The notes under the pieces are model-generated. The model did no database searches. It worked only from the letters and a program-made list of their open reading frames with translations, and was not told where the DNA came from. The position numbers and the translations under genes are program-made. From Macrostomum hystrix (taxonomy: Eukaryota > Animalia > Platyhelminthes), in NCBI GenBank assembly GCA_950097015.1, contig CATNEN010000041.1, positions 3,646,386 to 3,710,385 on the forward strand: a stretch of 64,000 bases of DNA, in the 5' to 3' direction. Within the stretch, counting starts at the first letter, position 1; each line of letters starts with the position of its first letter. Below are positions 37,601-50,400 of this stretch, one piece after another.

Positions 37601-40503
37601 CGAATCGTTTGGCGAACTAGAAAGCCTGTGCGACTGCTGGGTGGACAAGAACCATATATCCTGTCTGCCCTCATCAGTTGGCCAGCTAAGCAATCTTAGC
37701 TTCTTGGATATCTCTGGCAACCGCATAGAAGCCCTACCACACGAGCTGGGCCTTTGTGCTGCCCTGTGTGACTTGAACTTAAGTGCCAACCTGCTGCGCT
37801 GCCTGCCGGATTCCGTTGATGGGCTGGCAGGTCTGGCTGGACTTCGGCTCGATGGCAACCGTCTGGTGCAGCTGCCACAGAGCATCGGCCGGCTGCCTGT
37901 GCTGTGTGATCTCAACATCAGCAACAACCAGCTGGCCTGCCTGCCGCCCACCATCGGCCTGCTGCGCCAGCTTCAGACTCTGCACGCAGACTGCAATCGG
38001 CTTGTCGAACTGCCCCCTAGTATCGGCAATTGCTCTAGTCTCACTATCCTGTCATTGCGAGCCAACCTGCTTAGGTTTGTGCCAGACGAGATCGGTCACC
38101 TGCAGGAGCTGCGAGTTCTTAATTTGAGCGCCAATCGACTAGACTGCCTGCCCCTTGCCATGTTGCGGCTCCCGGACCTGCAGGCGCTGTGGCTCAGCGA
38201 CAACCAGACTGAGCCATTGCCCCGACTGCAGCCCGAAGACGTCGTGACCGGCCGGGCTATCCTGCGTGTTCTCACCTGCTACCTGCTGCCCCAGATGCCT
38301 GTACCACTGGCCACCCTTAGGGAAGAAGATGAAATCGACGACTTCAGCTCCATTGAAAGACAACGCACCGTCCAATTCGCTCTAGACTGCGACGTCGACT
38401 CGTCCTCAGAGGAGCACCACCTGCCTAAAGATCTGCCTGATGGAAGAAGGCGCGGCTGGTCTTCGCGTGGCTCCAATTTTGCAGGACGGATTGGCCAGGT
38501 ATGCATTTTAAGGATTTCTGTGTGTCGGTTTCGTGGTAGCCTGCAACAGTTCTCATTTATGCTGGTACATAGTGAAATCTGCATTCCATCTAGACTTTAA
38601 ATAAAATTACCTTAGTTTAATAAAAATTTTATTGGCCAAAAGTTAGCTTTACATAGTCGAGGGCTAGCTAAGCCCAATAAAAGTGATTTGATTCATTCAG
38701 CACTCGCATAAATTTGACCCCAGAAACGCATTTTTGCGTATGTGGTTTGAGCGGTTTAGGTTTTCTTTCAATTGGCTTTTAAAATTTTTAGAAGAAATAA
38801 AAATTTTATTGGACAAAAGTTAGCTTTACATAGTCGAGGGCTAGCTAAGCCCAATAAAAGTGATTTGATTCATTCAGCACTCGCATTTGACCCCAGAAAC
38901 GCATTTTTGCGTATGTGGTTTGAGCGGTTTAGGTTTTTTTTCAATTGGCTTTTAAAAGTTTTAGAAGAAATAAAAATAAACTAATGTGTTGATGTTGAGC
39001 TCATTTTTTGTGGAAACGCGACTGTCCTACGTCAAGGTAGTTTCTTCTTTCTTGGATCTGAGTTGCTCTTTCCCTATTAATTGTCTGTTTTTATGGCATC
39101 TTCGTTTTAAAAGCGGACATTAGAACAAAAATATTCACATTTGACTATTGATCTTTATTGCGTGCCAGTCGCTAACAGTAGCATTATTTAACAAAGCTAG
39201 CTAACTCGTTTACCAACTAACATGCGCAAAAACTCGGCAGTCCACAGCCGGTGGCGGACAGCCCAGCTGTCTTCGCCGGTGCCTACCCTGTGTGACATCA
39301 AACTCGAGCAGTGCCGAATCCGCAGCCTCGCATCAGCCTCATCAAGTGGCACTGGGACATGCCATAGCTGGCGCCTCACCTAGTAATGAAGAAGCAAACT
39401 TAGCTGCAGCTGCCTCTCGCGAGAATCCTCTGGATCTAGTCAGCCCATTGTCCACTTCGTCGCCTCTTAGCGGTCATCCGACAGTGGTGAATTGCTCAGA
39501 TGCCAACAACAATAACAATGGGACCTCAGATGCGTACGAAATAGTTCTCCTGCAAGTACGGCTTCAACCTTTCTCACTCGCTTTCTTGCACATAACATAT
39601 TTTCTTATGCAGAAGAGTTTTTTTCTCACTTATTATACAGTTCTTTCCTAACAATTACCGTATACTCGTTTACCAAATCAGGATGCAACCCCGGCTGCCA
39701 CAGTCCGCATCAGGCCTGGAGATCACTCGCAGCCACGCCTTCGCCAGGCGCATGTCGGCTACGACTCTGACGGTGGCCTATCTGCCGCGCGGGTTCGCTC
39801 TCTTCCGGCTACCGTTCTTAATACATCGCCAAGGCGTGGTAGCCACACTGGCCGAGTCCCGCAGCTGCCACCGCTAGCTCAGTCCGAGTCTGCGCTTACT
39901 CCACCGCTTCCACCGCCTCCTCCGCCACCACGCGGCCCACACTGGGCTACCGCCTCATCAGGTCCTGGCGCGCCTTTAGCGGCCCCAGAAGACTCTGCGA
40001 GCAGTGACAGCGGCTACGGTGGTCGCCGGCCGGCACCGGCACCTCCACCGGGCAGGTCGCCCCCCCCACCGCCGCACATTCACAACCTGCCACCACCGAG
40101 TGGGATTCGCGTCCCGCCAGTTCGCACATCCACCGCTGTCGCGCCTGGCTTCACTGATGAGGACATAGGAGAAAGCAGCAACCCCAAGGAGTTGAGCGGC
40201 CAAGACCGATTTTTAGCCAACGCTGCAACTGCTGACAGTCTACTTATGTGGGTCACTATCGACCGCAGCCCGACTCTTGGCTTCAGCATCTCGGGTGGCT
40301 CCGACACTCCCGAGGGCGGGGTCTTTGTGTCTCGCGTCACGTCTAGTTGTCCCGCCTGGCAGCTGCTGCGGTCTGGAGATCGAATCCTGCAGGTGAACGA
40401 GGTGCCTTTCAGTGGTCTAAATCACACTGAAGCGGTGCAGTTTCTTAAAGCGCAGGGTAGAGTGCGGCTCCTTCTCCAGCGCTGTAATCGTTCAGACGTT
40501 TAA
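34639..40503 (+). CDS. LAP-family LRR + LAPSD + single C-terminal PDZ protein (Erbin/Densin-like), about 870 aa, 8 exons
   Basis: Exons with GT-AG and consistent phases: 34639-34806, 35485-35602, 35683-35761, 36907-36996, 37239-37359, 37599-38498, 39241-39555, 39682-40503. LRRs throughout; LAPSD LQALWLSDNQ...LTCYLLPQ; PDZ LGFSISGG...GDRILQVN. Confidence 0.88.
35850..36490 (-). mobile_element. Non-LTR APE endonuclease/linker fragment in LAP intron 3
   Basis: Manual translation FGVLNEASPYRPPSNGQPTSPDISLA...DWSTVTSLNSEYLPII...RTFTNFKKAN. Confidence 0.7.
38619..38976. repeat. Tandem duplication of an about 177-bp intronic unit
   Basis: Units start at 38619 and 38796 and are nearly identical. 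Confidence 0.9.
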
Positions 40504-41949
40504 GTGAGTTATTTTTGTTCTGTCAATAACGTTTTTTTCTTAACTTTGCTTTTTGGCTTTTGGCAAGCCAATTATTTTCAATTATGACGCTCAGTGAGTT
40601 GCTTTCTTGACATTTGGGATGGCAATGATTCTCACAATCTTCTCATGCCAACGTTAAACTATCCCAAGTTTAACAATTTATTATTTTCTCACTCGAATTG
40701 AGAGGAAGGAGTGGTGTTAATTTTTGCATTTTTCATACTTTAAGAAATGAATTGGATTTCAACATGCATCCTTGAGAAGTTTTTCAATACATTTTGTAGT
40801 TTGTGATTCAGGGCTAGTATTTTCGCGCTACATGACAAGCTATTTGCTCAGCGAAAAGCATTTCAGTTGTCAATGTTGAGTTTCAAAAGCGTTAGGTGCG
40901 TTTATTTATTGTTGCAGCGTGAGCGAACGCTCAGGATGCTTTGGTTCCTTAAAGTTCGCCTTATAATAATGCGATTATATAATACAGAAAAACATTTTTA
41001 TATTCCTGTTTCTTATGCAGGTACTTCTGTACAGTTTTCTTTCGCACTCATATATCAATTCATAACTGCCATGCATGCTGTTTTATTTTCAGCTGGCAGA
41101 ATGATATCATGCAGCTGAAGCAGAAGCCCGAGCGCATTTTCTAACTGACCCTGTAATTTCGCTTGCTTGACGGTAGCTTGCATCATCCGAGCTGCAGAAA
41201 AGTTTCCTATATTTTATCTAAAATCACTCTCAATTCTCCTAATGCACAGGGGTTACTGAAGAGTATTAAATAAATTCTGCGCGCAGCTGTTTACTGTGCA
41301 TGCTTAGTATTCAGAGCTACCTGAGCACATACTTAGGCCGGCTAAAGTTGGTGTGCCAAAGCGTATAGCTCAAATAGTATATACATTCTTTCTCACAAAT
41401 AAATTATCGTTTCCTATAGAGTATAGAGCGTCGAGGAAGCCTTTGCTTTTTGAGTTTTGCTTTTTGAGCAGTTTTTTATTTCATTGCTCATCGCTTTAAA
41501 GCTTTAGGCTGCCGGATAGTCAGCAGGGTTAACCCAATGGCGTAGGGAGGGGAGATGTATTATCCCCCGAACAGCCGCTATTTTTATGTTTGTTTTTCTT
41601 TGTAGTTTCTTAGTTTCTTCGAACAGTGGAGAGATAGGAGCGCCAAGCGAGCCCGGGTTGGTCGCTAGAGAGGGGGTTGGCCGCGCGTGGGTTGGTGGAG
41701 TTGGGGAAGGCAAACAAAGTGGTGGAGAAACATGAGCGCCCCGGGAAGAGTTTAAGATGGCAGGGCTCGGGACTGGCTAACACTGTGGTGATAGGAGGAG
41801 AGGCCGTCCTATTATATTTTTCGTGTTGGGTGCCTGGGGCGGTGTGGTGGAACTCTGCCGATCTTTGCAAAATATTAGAGCGTGGGGAGTGTGCATAAGA
41901 ACTGACTACCGATTGAGAAATAATGTATAAAAGGGAGAGAGAAAGTGCG

Positions 41950-42600
41950 TGCACGCGTGTGCAGTACATTAGCGAAAGTGAGCATACTTCGTAAGACATT
42001 CAAAACACAATACATTGATGCTCTATCCAAGTGCGCATGGGCCAGAGCATTAAAAATGAATCCGCTGCGGAAGTCAAGTCAGCCTTTGAGAGCGAAGCTT
42101 AAATCACTCGCACAGCTCCTTAACTCATCAGGTTCCACAAGTGCTGTATGGACAGGGGGTATTTTAGCTTTTCCAACAGCGAACAAAAGGCGGCTGTCAT
42201 AGAGCGATGGAAGCGGATCTTAAAGAATAAGATGTGGCGATATGTCACACAAGTTCGAATGGGTAGAGGATTGAACTGAGTCGAATTAAGTCTTGAAGAT
42301 TGCGTAAGACAACCCTAACCCTAAACTCAGCTCCATCTCTCTGCTACTCGCCGCTCATTTGCTCCCAGCCTAACCAAATACCCTACCTAGAACCCTCGCC
42401 TCCGCTCCCAAAGGCCCTTTTACTACTTCCGCGCTCTGCCATTCGCTGCACTGATTTGCTACTTTTTTAATGTATTCCAATTTATTATAAATGCAATATC
42501 AGTTCAATTGTATATTTCCCTTTATTCAGCTCTGAGGAAGATCTAATCTGGTCGAAACGCGTCGAGAAATTAAAACCAACTAGCCTGATCTAAAAATTGT
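41950..42600 (+). mobile_element. Decayed Penelope-like element 3' end / pLTR
   Basis: Weak GIY-YIG C-terminal-like residues (SLAQLLNSSG...RRL / ...RGLN*), then ACCCTAACCCTAA (42312-42324), a C-rich and AT-rich spacer and a hammerhead motif. Confidence 0.5.
42528..42566 (+). ncRNA. Degenerate minimal type I hammerhead ribozyme
   Basis: CTGAGGA-a-GATC(taatct)GGTC-GAAA-CGCGT-C-GAG; stem I weakened, consistent with loss of one C from GCTCCTGA. Confidence 0.7.
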
Positions 42601-44249
42601 TTTTTTTTACAATGTATGTTTTGAGCTCGATCCACAGTAGTCGACTGCGGAACTCACAAATACTACCTAAACCTAGCCCTGTGACATTATAAGTCCCACA
42701 AATTGAGCAAAAAGTAGGAGCATAATCTAAATTAAAACCCATAAAAAATAATATTACATAACTAAAATTAAAATCAGAGTTCTGAATCGTTGCGGTTGCA
42801 ATACGACAATAACATTAGAACAAAAATAAATGTAAACAGCATAAAAAACTTGCAGATAAGTATCGCCGTCTTAATAACAAGTGATTTTGATAACTATTTA
42901 AGTTAGCACACAGGCTTCTAAAGTGGCTTTAGTAATATAATTGTTTCTGTTTTTAGTTTTCGGACGAATTTAATTTGTGTTTTAACTTCCAGGTATTATA
43001 TTACGCGTCCAGTAAATGCATTTTATAAGAGCTTGTTACTGCGCAACCAAGATTTGCGAAAAAAGTATCAATTTGATGGTGTAACTCCTTGTCTTTACCT
43101 TTTAATTTTTTTAGTTGAAATATAAATACATCAGGTTTATGAATACAGAAAGTTTTGTGTTTTTAGACAGATGGAATGCTAGATATGTTTTAGTTCATTT
43201 TTATAACATCAAACATTTTATTTTGTTATTGAAAAAACAATAACGTTCACTGATAGTTAAATTATTAGTGCCTTTCTTTTCCAGCTATTTTGTGAGATTT
43301 TTAGTCTCCTTCAAACGTCATGTTAAGTAGATAACGTTTTTAATGCTTTAAAATGTTTTATGTTAGTTTTCTAATAGTAACAAATGTAAACTTTACAGTT
43401 GAACATTAAATCAAAAGTTTAATGTGTATAAAAAGTGGTCTAAATGAGACGTTCTCGATTTCTCGATAAAATAACAACAATTTTAATTTAGCAAATAATA
43501 GAAAATAGTATTATATTTTGTTTAGAGAACAACAATAATATTTTTCATAGCATAGCCCATGCAAAGTAGTTTTTGTATCTTGAACTAGCTTGTTAAATTA
43601 AAAAACATGGTTGTAATGGTTTCAAATGTTTTTACAGTAGTTATTAGTATTTAGCAGTTGTAGTCTCTCTTTAAAGTGTACAATTTACATATATATATTT
43701 ATAGTAGATAGACTGCTTTAATGTTCTTATGCTTGGCAGAAGTCAATTTCTTAATGAGATACATAATTTGTATGATAGATTTTTTTGTCCTTGAATAGTA
43801 TTATATTTAAGCAAAAAATACTTATCTAGTAAGCATGTGCTAAGTTATGATGATACCATACAACTGCCTACACATAGGTACCTACAGCCTTGATTTTTAA
43901 ACACTTCAAATTTATATTTTTTTGCTAATTTATTCGACGAGAAACATTTGCAGAAGCAAAGTTAGCAAAATTAAGCGTACTTGAATTGGTTGGCATTGAT
44001 GACTAAGATTAACCACAGCCAACCAAAAGACGTAAAACAAAGATGGAAGCAGCTGGTGGAAGGTGGGAGAGGCAGCGAAACGTAAGCAGCAAGGAGGAGA
44101 AAGCGATCCCGCCTCTGAAACAAGGAAGGAGGAAGAGGGAAAGAAGAGAGCAAAATCACCAGGCTTTAAAAAGAAGTTAGATACCAGAAGTCAGCAAGCG
44201 GCAGCAGCGACTCACTGTGCGGTGAAGCGCTATCCGAGAAATAACGAAG

Positions 44250-46640
44250 AAGGGAGTCAGACCGCCAGTCACCGGGGCAGCGGATGCCATCATAGTTATG
44301 GCATAGATGCCAGCGAAGAGGCCGCTCCTCCTCTACGTAGGATGTGACCCGAGAAACTGTGCTTAGAGATTCCACAGCACGAAATGCCGCGCTTAAGGAG
44401 TCGGATGAAGGCCGAGTGACCTAACGGGACTCGACCGCGGGCACCCAGCCAAGAAAACTGGGGCTGCCGAGGCTCGAATATTTGGTTCTCGCGCAGGTGA
44501 GCGCTGAGTGCAGCGACTAGGCAAATCAAGGGGCAATTAGAACACTGAGAAAAAAAGACCAGCAGCAGCTGGCACTCCTTCAACTGGTTGGTATTGGAAT
44601 TCTCGATCAATGGAAGCCCCCTTCTCGTAGGGATCTAGGTCGGGGGCCCGCCCCTGCAAAGTGCTTCCTTCTTCCGGACATCTCATCAACGTTCCGGACC
44701 CCTACCCGCCGGCGGGTCTTCTTGTGGCCGGCAACTGGAGATGGTCGGAAAGGGCGGCCAGCGCTGAGATCTGCGAGGCACTAAGCACTCAGCCTAGACG
44801 ATCCCAGGGAAGCTCCTTTCAGCACGGCGGAGCTCGACACTGTGCTCAGAGTGACCGGAGGTAAGTACGCGGACGAACTCTCTGCAAAAGTTGGGCCGGA
44901 TGCCCAGATCAGCTGCAAAAACAGGCAGCCGGCACTCGACGCTGTGGAAACCTTGTAGGACCAACACCACTTTGTCCTGGCTCCCGAGAAGACGGACGCT
45001 TTGCTAGTAAGCACAAATCAGATAAAAGGCACGGAGGGCTTCCGCAATCTCAACCAACTCAGAGTTGGAGACAAAATACATGCTGCAACAAGGAGGTGCG
45101 GATACTCGGAGTCACATATGACGGCCAAATCTTCTTCACCGAACAAACTCGCCGAGTCCAGTCCATCATTCGCGGTGGGCTGACTGCCCTTCAAGTCGTA
45201 TCGGCCCGAGACTGGGGGCTGACACGGAAACCCTGGCTTCGTTCGCCCAGCTGGTCTGATACGCAGCAGATGTGTGGTGGCTATTCCTCGCTCGGACCAT
45301 TTGGGAGCTATCACAGGGGTCAGCCTGTGTTTGTTTGTTCATCACAGACGCAGGCCTCCAACCTCTCGACAGTGTCGACAACCTCTAGTGTCGACAGTTC
45401 CCGGCAAACCATCTAGTGCGGGAGATCACCAAGCCCAGTCTGGTTACAAGACTGTGGGCCAGAAACGATGGGCCGAGAGGTAGCGGTATTCCCGGACGGG
45501 CCTCCAGGTGATTCAGCAGCAGAACTGCAGGCGGCCCGGGCGGAGCTCCTCAGAAAGTTGCTTTTGATCATGCTTGGCGTTATCAGAAGCGGAGCGGTAG
45601 TTTGCAGACTGCATAAAGGCTGGCGGAGGCTTGTTGATGAGGCGAACGCCATCGTGAAGACAGTCATAAATAAATCTCTCGTCGGAGTCATTCCGCAACA
45701 GCAGATCCCAGGCGGCCAGGTTCATGTCAGAAGAGCGCAGTGCTGCGAAGGGAGCGGGAGTGGGGCGGGAAGCAGAGGCGACGATTGTGAGCAATATAAA
45801 AGGAGAGGGCGGCAAAGGGGATAAAAGTTGGCCGGCTAACAAAGAAATCGAGTTTTTTGCCCCCTTCACCGCATCACCGGTCTGCCGGTACTGGAGAGCG
45901 GGGTGCGTCTTGCAGACGAGTCGGTACCTGCAATTGAGTCGCTGACAGCCGGCTGGTTAATTGAAGCTCTACCAGATGGGGTCTGGCGGCTTCGTGGTGC
46001 CAGATTAGTGGCTTTCAGGTTGCGCGGAGCGTTGTGGAGGCGATGGTACAGCTGCAGGGGTTCGCGCTATCAGCTTGCAGTAGTCTTCGTCAAACACCCA
46101 TAATACATTCGGGCTGTAGTTGGCGTCAAGGAGTTCACCGATCTTCTGGTAGCCTCTCAGCTCGCTGGTGTCATGGACCCATCGGGGTTCAGGAAGATCG
46201 AGCCGTCATAAATTAGGCACCGAAGAATTTGAGCATTACCGGCAATCCATCGGTCGACGAGATCCTGATCCAATATTGGTGGCTGTTTTTTGAATACTAA
46301 TTAGTTGCCATTCTCCATGCAGGCCGTCAGGTTCTCGCTGGACTGGTTGGCATTGGGCTTGACAAAGTCGCGAATCCGAGATAGGCATGTTTTGTGCTTC
46401 CTATACTGCGATTTGTCCTCTGCAACTGTGTCGAAAAATGTCTTATATACACCAACAGGAAAACTCTTGGCTATCCTTAAGGCAGCGAAGCAGGGGGTCG
46501 GTGGCAGAGCGGTTATCGCGTTTGCCTCTCGCCCCATGGTCCCTAAGTTCGATTCCACGGCGAGGCCACATTTATTTTGGGCGCAGCCGCGGAGAGAAGG
46601 CTTGAGGGCTTGTCGTGCAATTTATGCCCTTGAGGCCAAC
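44250..46640 (-). mobile_element. Relic of a second, divergent Ngaro-like element
   Basis: gag-like FDEDY near 46100; RT N-terminus AWDLLLRNDSDERFIYDCLHDG...SANYRS (45513-45869); YR C-terminus FSGHILRRGGA (44296-44610). Confidence 0.7.
44640..45410 (+). mobile_element. Non-LTR RT fragment nested in the Ngaro relic
   Basis: YADE (YADD-like), LAPEKT, RILGVTYDGQIFFTEQ...LQVVSARDWG; degenerate. Confidence 0.65.
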
Positions 46641-47240
46641 CTCCAAGGCACAGTGAAATGTTACACTGCCTGACAATGAGAAAGTCAGGGCAGATGTACA
46701 CACCTGTGTGAGCGTATGCCTGCGTACAGTATATGTGTGCGTGTGTGCTCAGGAGTCAGCGAAATGGGCAGAATAGCCTCCTCGCTGGCTGCAGGTCTAG
46801 TGTCACTAAATGATGTTCCATTGCCCGCAGCCCTCCTGCAATTATTATTATTATTATTATTATTAAGGCAGCGAAGCAGAAGCCTGAGGCATGTTGAGCT
46901 CTCTTTGGAGGTTAGCATGGCGTCGAGTCAGAGCCTTGATCTCCAGCTCAGCAGTGCCAGCAGTGCCCCTTGCCGTCTCGCGCCTGCCCGTTGACCGCTA
47001 ATCGGTGAACTGTGAGTCGAGAAACTCGTCGTTAAACACAGGGTTGGCAGCAGAAGCTTCAAATTTTAGGTGCTGGCAAAGCCGGTCCTACAGCTTTTGT
47101 TCGCAGCCGGTCTTTGGTAGGCCGCGCTTGGCTAGCTCTCTGGTCGAGCTGCCTGGCTGTTAGTTTACGTACACTTTGTATGGTTGTTTTGGCGTTTTGG
47201 CGTTTGAAGTTCCCTTGCTTCGACGTAGTGGAATTTCGGG

Positions 47241-47296
47241 TTTGTGAAAGCGCCCTCAGGTAACCAGACATAGTTACAGTGTTAGGGTTTAAAACC
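47241..47296 (+). repeat. 56-bp dispersed repeat, copy 1
   Basis: TTTGTGAAAGCGCCCTCAGGTAACCAGACATAGTTACAGTGTTAGGGTTTAAAACC, identical to 51057-51112. Confidence 0.9.
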
Positions 47297-47452
47297 CCGT
47301 TGCAGGCGGTGGACTGTATATTTTCCTGTTTTCACACTTTTCACAGCATGCCTGCAAGGCGTGACTGTGCAAAGTAGACAGCAATGAACCCATCAGAACA
47401 GCAATAGAATCTATGGAAAAATTTTGCTTCTGTTTCAGAGCCCGATGCAGCA

Positions 47453-50400
47453 ATGTTTCGGTGCTTCGAAAAGATCTTGACGTTCATTGGGCTGAAGAGA
47501 CCTGTATACGATGAATTCAGAACAATATATGTCAACCATAAACAACTTCGATCAAAAGACCCGTTCAATGAGGAGAAGTACCCATCAAACCGGGTCATAA
47601 CTTCCCGGTACACTTTGGTTAATTTTCTAGTAAAAAATTTACTGGAGCAGTTCAGCAGAGTCGCAAACTTTTACTTCCTGATTGTAGCAGTCGTGCAGTT
47701 AGGAATCGATTCTCCAGTTAGTCCAGCTTCTTCGTTTATGCCATTGGTCTTTGTTCTCGGTGTCACAGCGATCAAGCAGGCATATGAGGACATCCTGCGA
47801 CACAGAGCAGATGAAAAAGTCAACAATACGATTTATAAAGTCATCCGAGAGGACTCACTTGCTGATGTGAAGGCCTTTGAGATTCGTGTTGGAGATGTCG
47901 TCAAAGTTCACAAAGACGAAAGCTTTCCATGTGACCTCATTTTGTTGACATCGTCTGAAGATTCAGGTGAGAGTTTTCTTTATTAACTTATTCGTTTTTT
48001 AAAGTACACTGACTGACAAAAGTTGTTCTTTGAGGGCTAACCCAAAGGTCTTTGTGTGCAAGAGGTTAATTTAAAACGTAAAGCTTGCTGTATTTGCGAG
48101 CATATACTAGGGAGTATTTTTTTCTAACCCTGACGAATATGAGCTCAATGCACTCTGATTAATGAATCAAAGTTCTTTACCCTTTTACAGTTAGTTAAAA
48201 GCTGAAAAGTATCGCAGTAAGGTACTAGTATTGTAGTTGAATTTAGCTTGTTGAAACTAGGTTCGGCCAGAAGGGGCCGGCTGACGGTATATTTTATAGA
48301 GTTAATCGTTAGAAGGACACAGCTTTGGGTGAAAATTTGTTAAAATTGGGGGTGGACTTAAGCCACAGGGTTCTCGTTTAAAAGAGTAAACGCGCGCTTA
48401 AACGATGTACGCGCATTGTACATATTCAAAGTACGTCTATGAGTTGGAGGCATGCACATGCCCAAACAACCAATTGAACAGGGAAAGTGGGGGTTAGAAA
48501 ATACGACATGAAAAAAATGATTTTGCACTTTTCCGCCACAAGTATGGAACACTAGTCTAGTTTTTATAGACCAATAATCATTCCAGTCTATTCTAGTTGT
48601 AAGACCGTGGGTTACGAGTAAGTTGTAGTGAATAACAAAATGTGAGCAGACCTCACACGCTCACGCCAATATATGTATTGCCAAAGTTGGGGTGGGCGTA
48701 AACACCCTATAAGCACGCACACGCTGCAGCGTCAACCCCCACTCCAAACAAGCCGCACGGCACATCTATGTGCACGCACACCAACAAGCCAGACTACATA
48801 GTGAACTAGTCTCAGTAAAAAGCACTAGATACAGTCCCACCGGCAAGTATAGCTTTATACAGTCCGAAAATACAATCGAAAAAATGTGCGCATATTATAA
48901 TAAAAAGGCACTGTTTTATACGAGCTATCAGCAACCTCATTATATTATATATAATAAAATTGAATCAGAGGTACGTTATATATTCTTAATAAGAAAATTC
49001 GGGTTATGCATAAATTAGAGAATTGCGTTATTAAAAAAATTCAAAAAATTTCAGGCGAATGCAGTATTACGACAGCTAATCTGGATGGTGAGACAAACTT
49101 AAAGGCTGTGTACTCAGTGGAGCCAACAAAGCCAATGAAGTCCGTCCAGACAATCTGCGCCAGCTTGCGCGCTCGAATCTCATGTGAGCAGCCAACTGCA
49201 GATCTCTACAAGTTTAAAGGTAACATTCTTGTCAGGCACAGATCCAGACCGTACGATAAGGTTCCACTTAGTTTGAAGAATTTGCTTCTGCGAGGAGCCG
49301 TTTTACGCAACACTGATTGGGTCTTTGGTGTGGCTGTATACACTGGACAGGAGACAAAAATGCAGTTAAATTCGCAGCATGGAAGGTCAAAGAAATCTGT
49401 GATTGAGAGAAGACTCGACAAGTTTTTGCTATGCTTTATGATAACCCTACTAATAGAGTCTATATTTTGCACCTCAATGAAATGGGGATATGCTACGCTG
49501 AATAAATCTGTTACGGAGGCTTGGTACGTTTCGCCTGAACCAGCCACGCCCTGGCGGGTAGTCCAAGATCTACTTGGCTTTATCGTGCTATTTAACTACT
49601 TGATTCCTATCTCTCTGTATGTTACCATTGAGCTTCAGAAATTCATCGGCTCCATTTTCTTTGAGTTAGACTTGGACATGTACTTTGAAGATCTTGAAAC
49701 AGGGGAGAAACTCAGAGCAAAGGCAAACACATCCGATCTTAATGAAGAGCTTGGCCAGGTTGAGTACCTTTTCTCTGATAAGACTGGAACTCTCACTGAG
49801 AATAAAATGACATTTAGAAAATGTTCGATTGGAAGACGAACATTTTGCGACCAGGATGGAGAATTGTGGGAGACAGAAGGTCCCGGTGGTAATCAACTGA
49901 GCCGCCAGAGAATGCTGGGTGAGCAAGAACTTCATTTCTTCATAGTTTTGGCCCTCTGCCACACAGTTCGAGTTGAGCGACCGAAGTCTTTTAGCAGGGA
50001 TTCAGCTGGCAAATTGCAAAAAGAGGATCATTCATACTCGGCATCGGAAGCTGAAAGCTACATGTACCAAGCCAGTTCACCAGATGAAAAGGCCTTTGCA
50101 GAAGCAGCAAGAAAGTACGGAGTGATCTTCCATGGTACGGAGGCCGGTGTTAGTATTCTTTCTGTTATGGGAGTCAACGGCAAGCAGATTATTCAGCGTT
50201 ACCGTGTCCTTCATGTGCTTGAGTTTGACTCCGATCGAAAATGCATGTCAGTCATATTACAGAGATCTAATGGAACCTACTGGTTACTGACTAAAGGAGC
50301 TGAGAGCTCTATGTTAGATAAGTGCTCATCCGGTGATCGGGACTCAATTGTGCAATATAGTGGCGAATTCGCTGTAGAAGGTCTTCGGGTACTGGTCATC

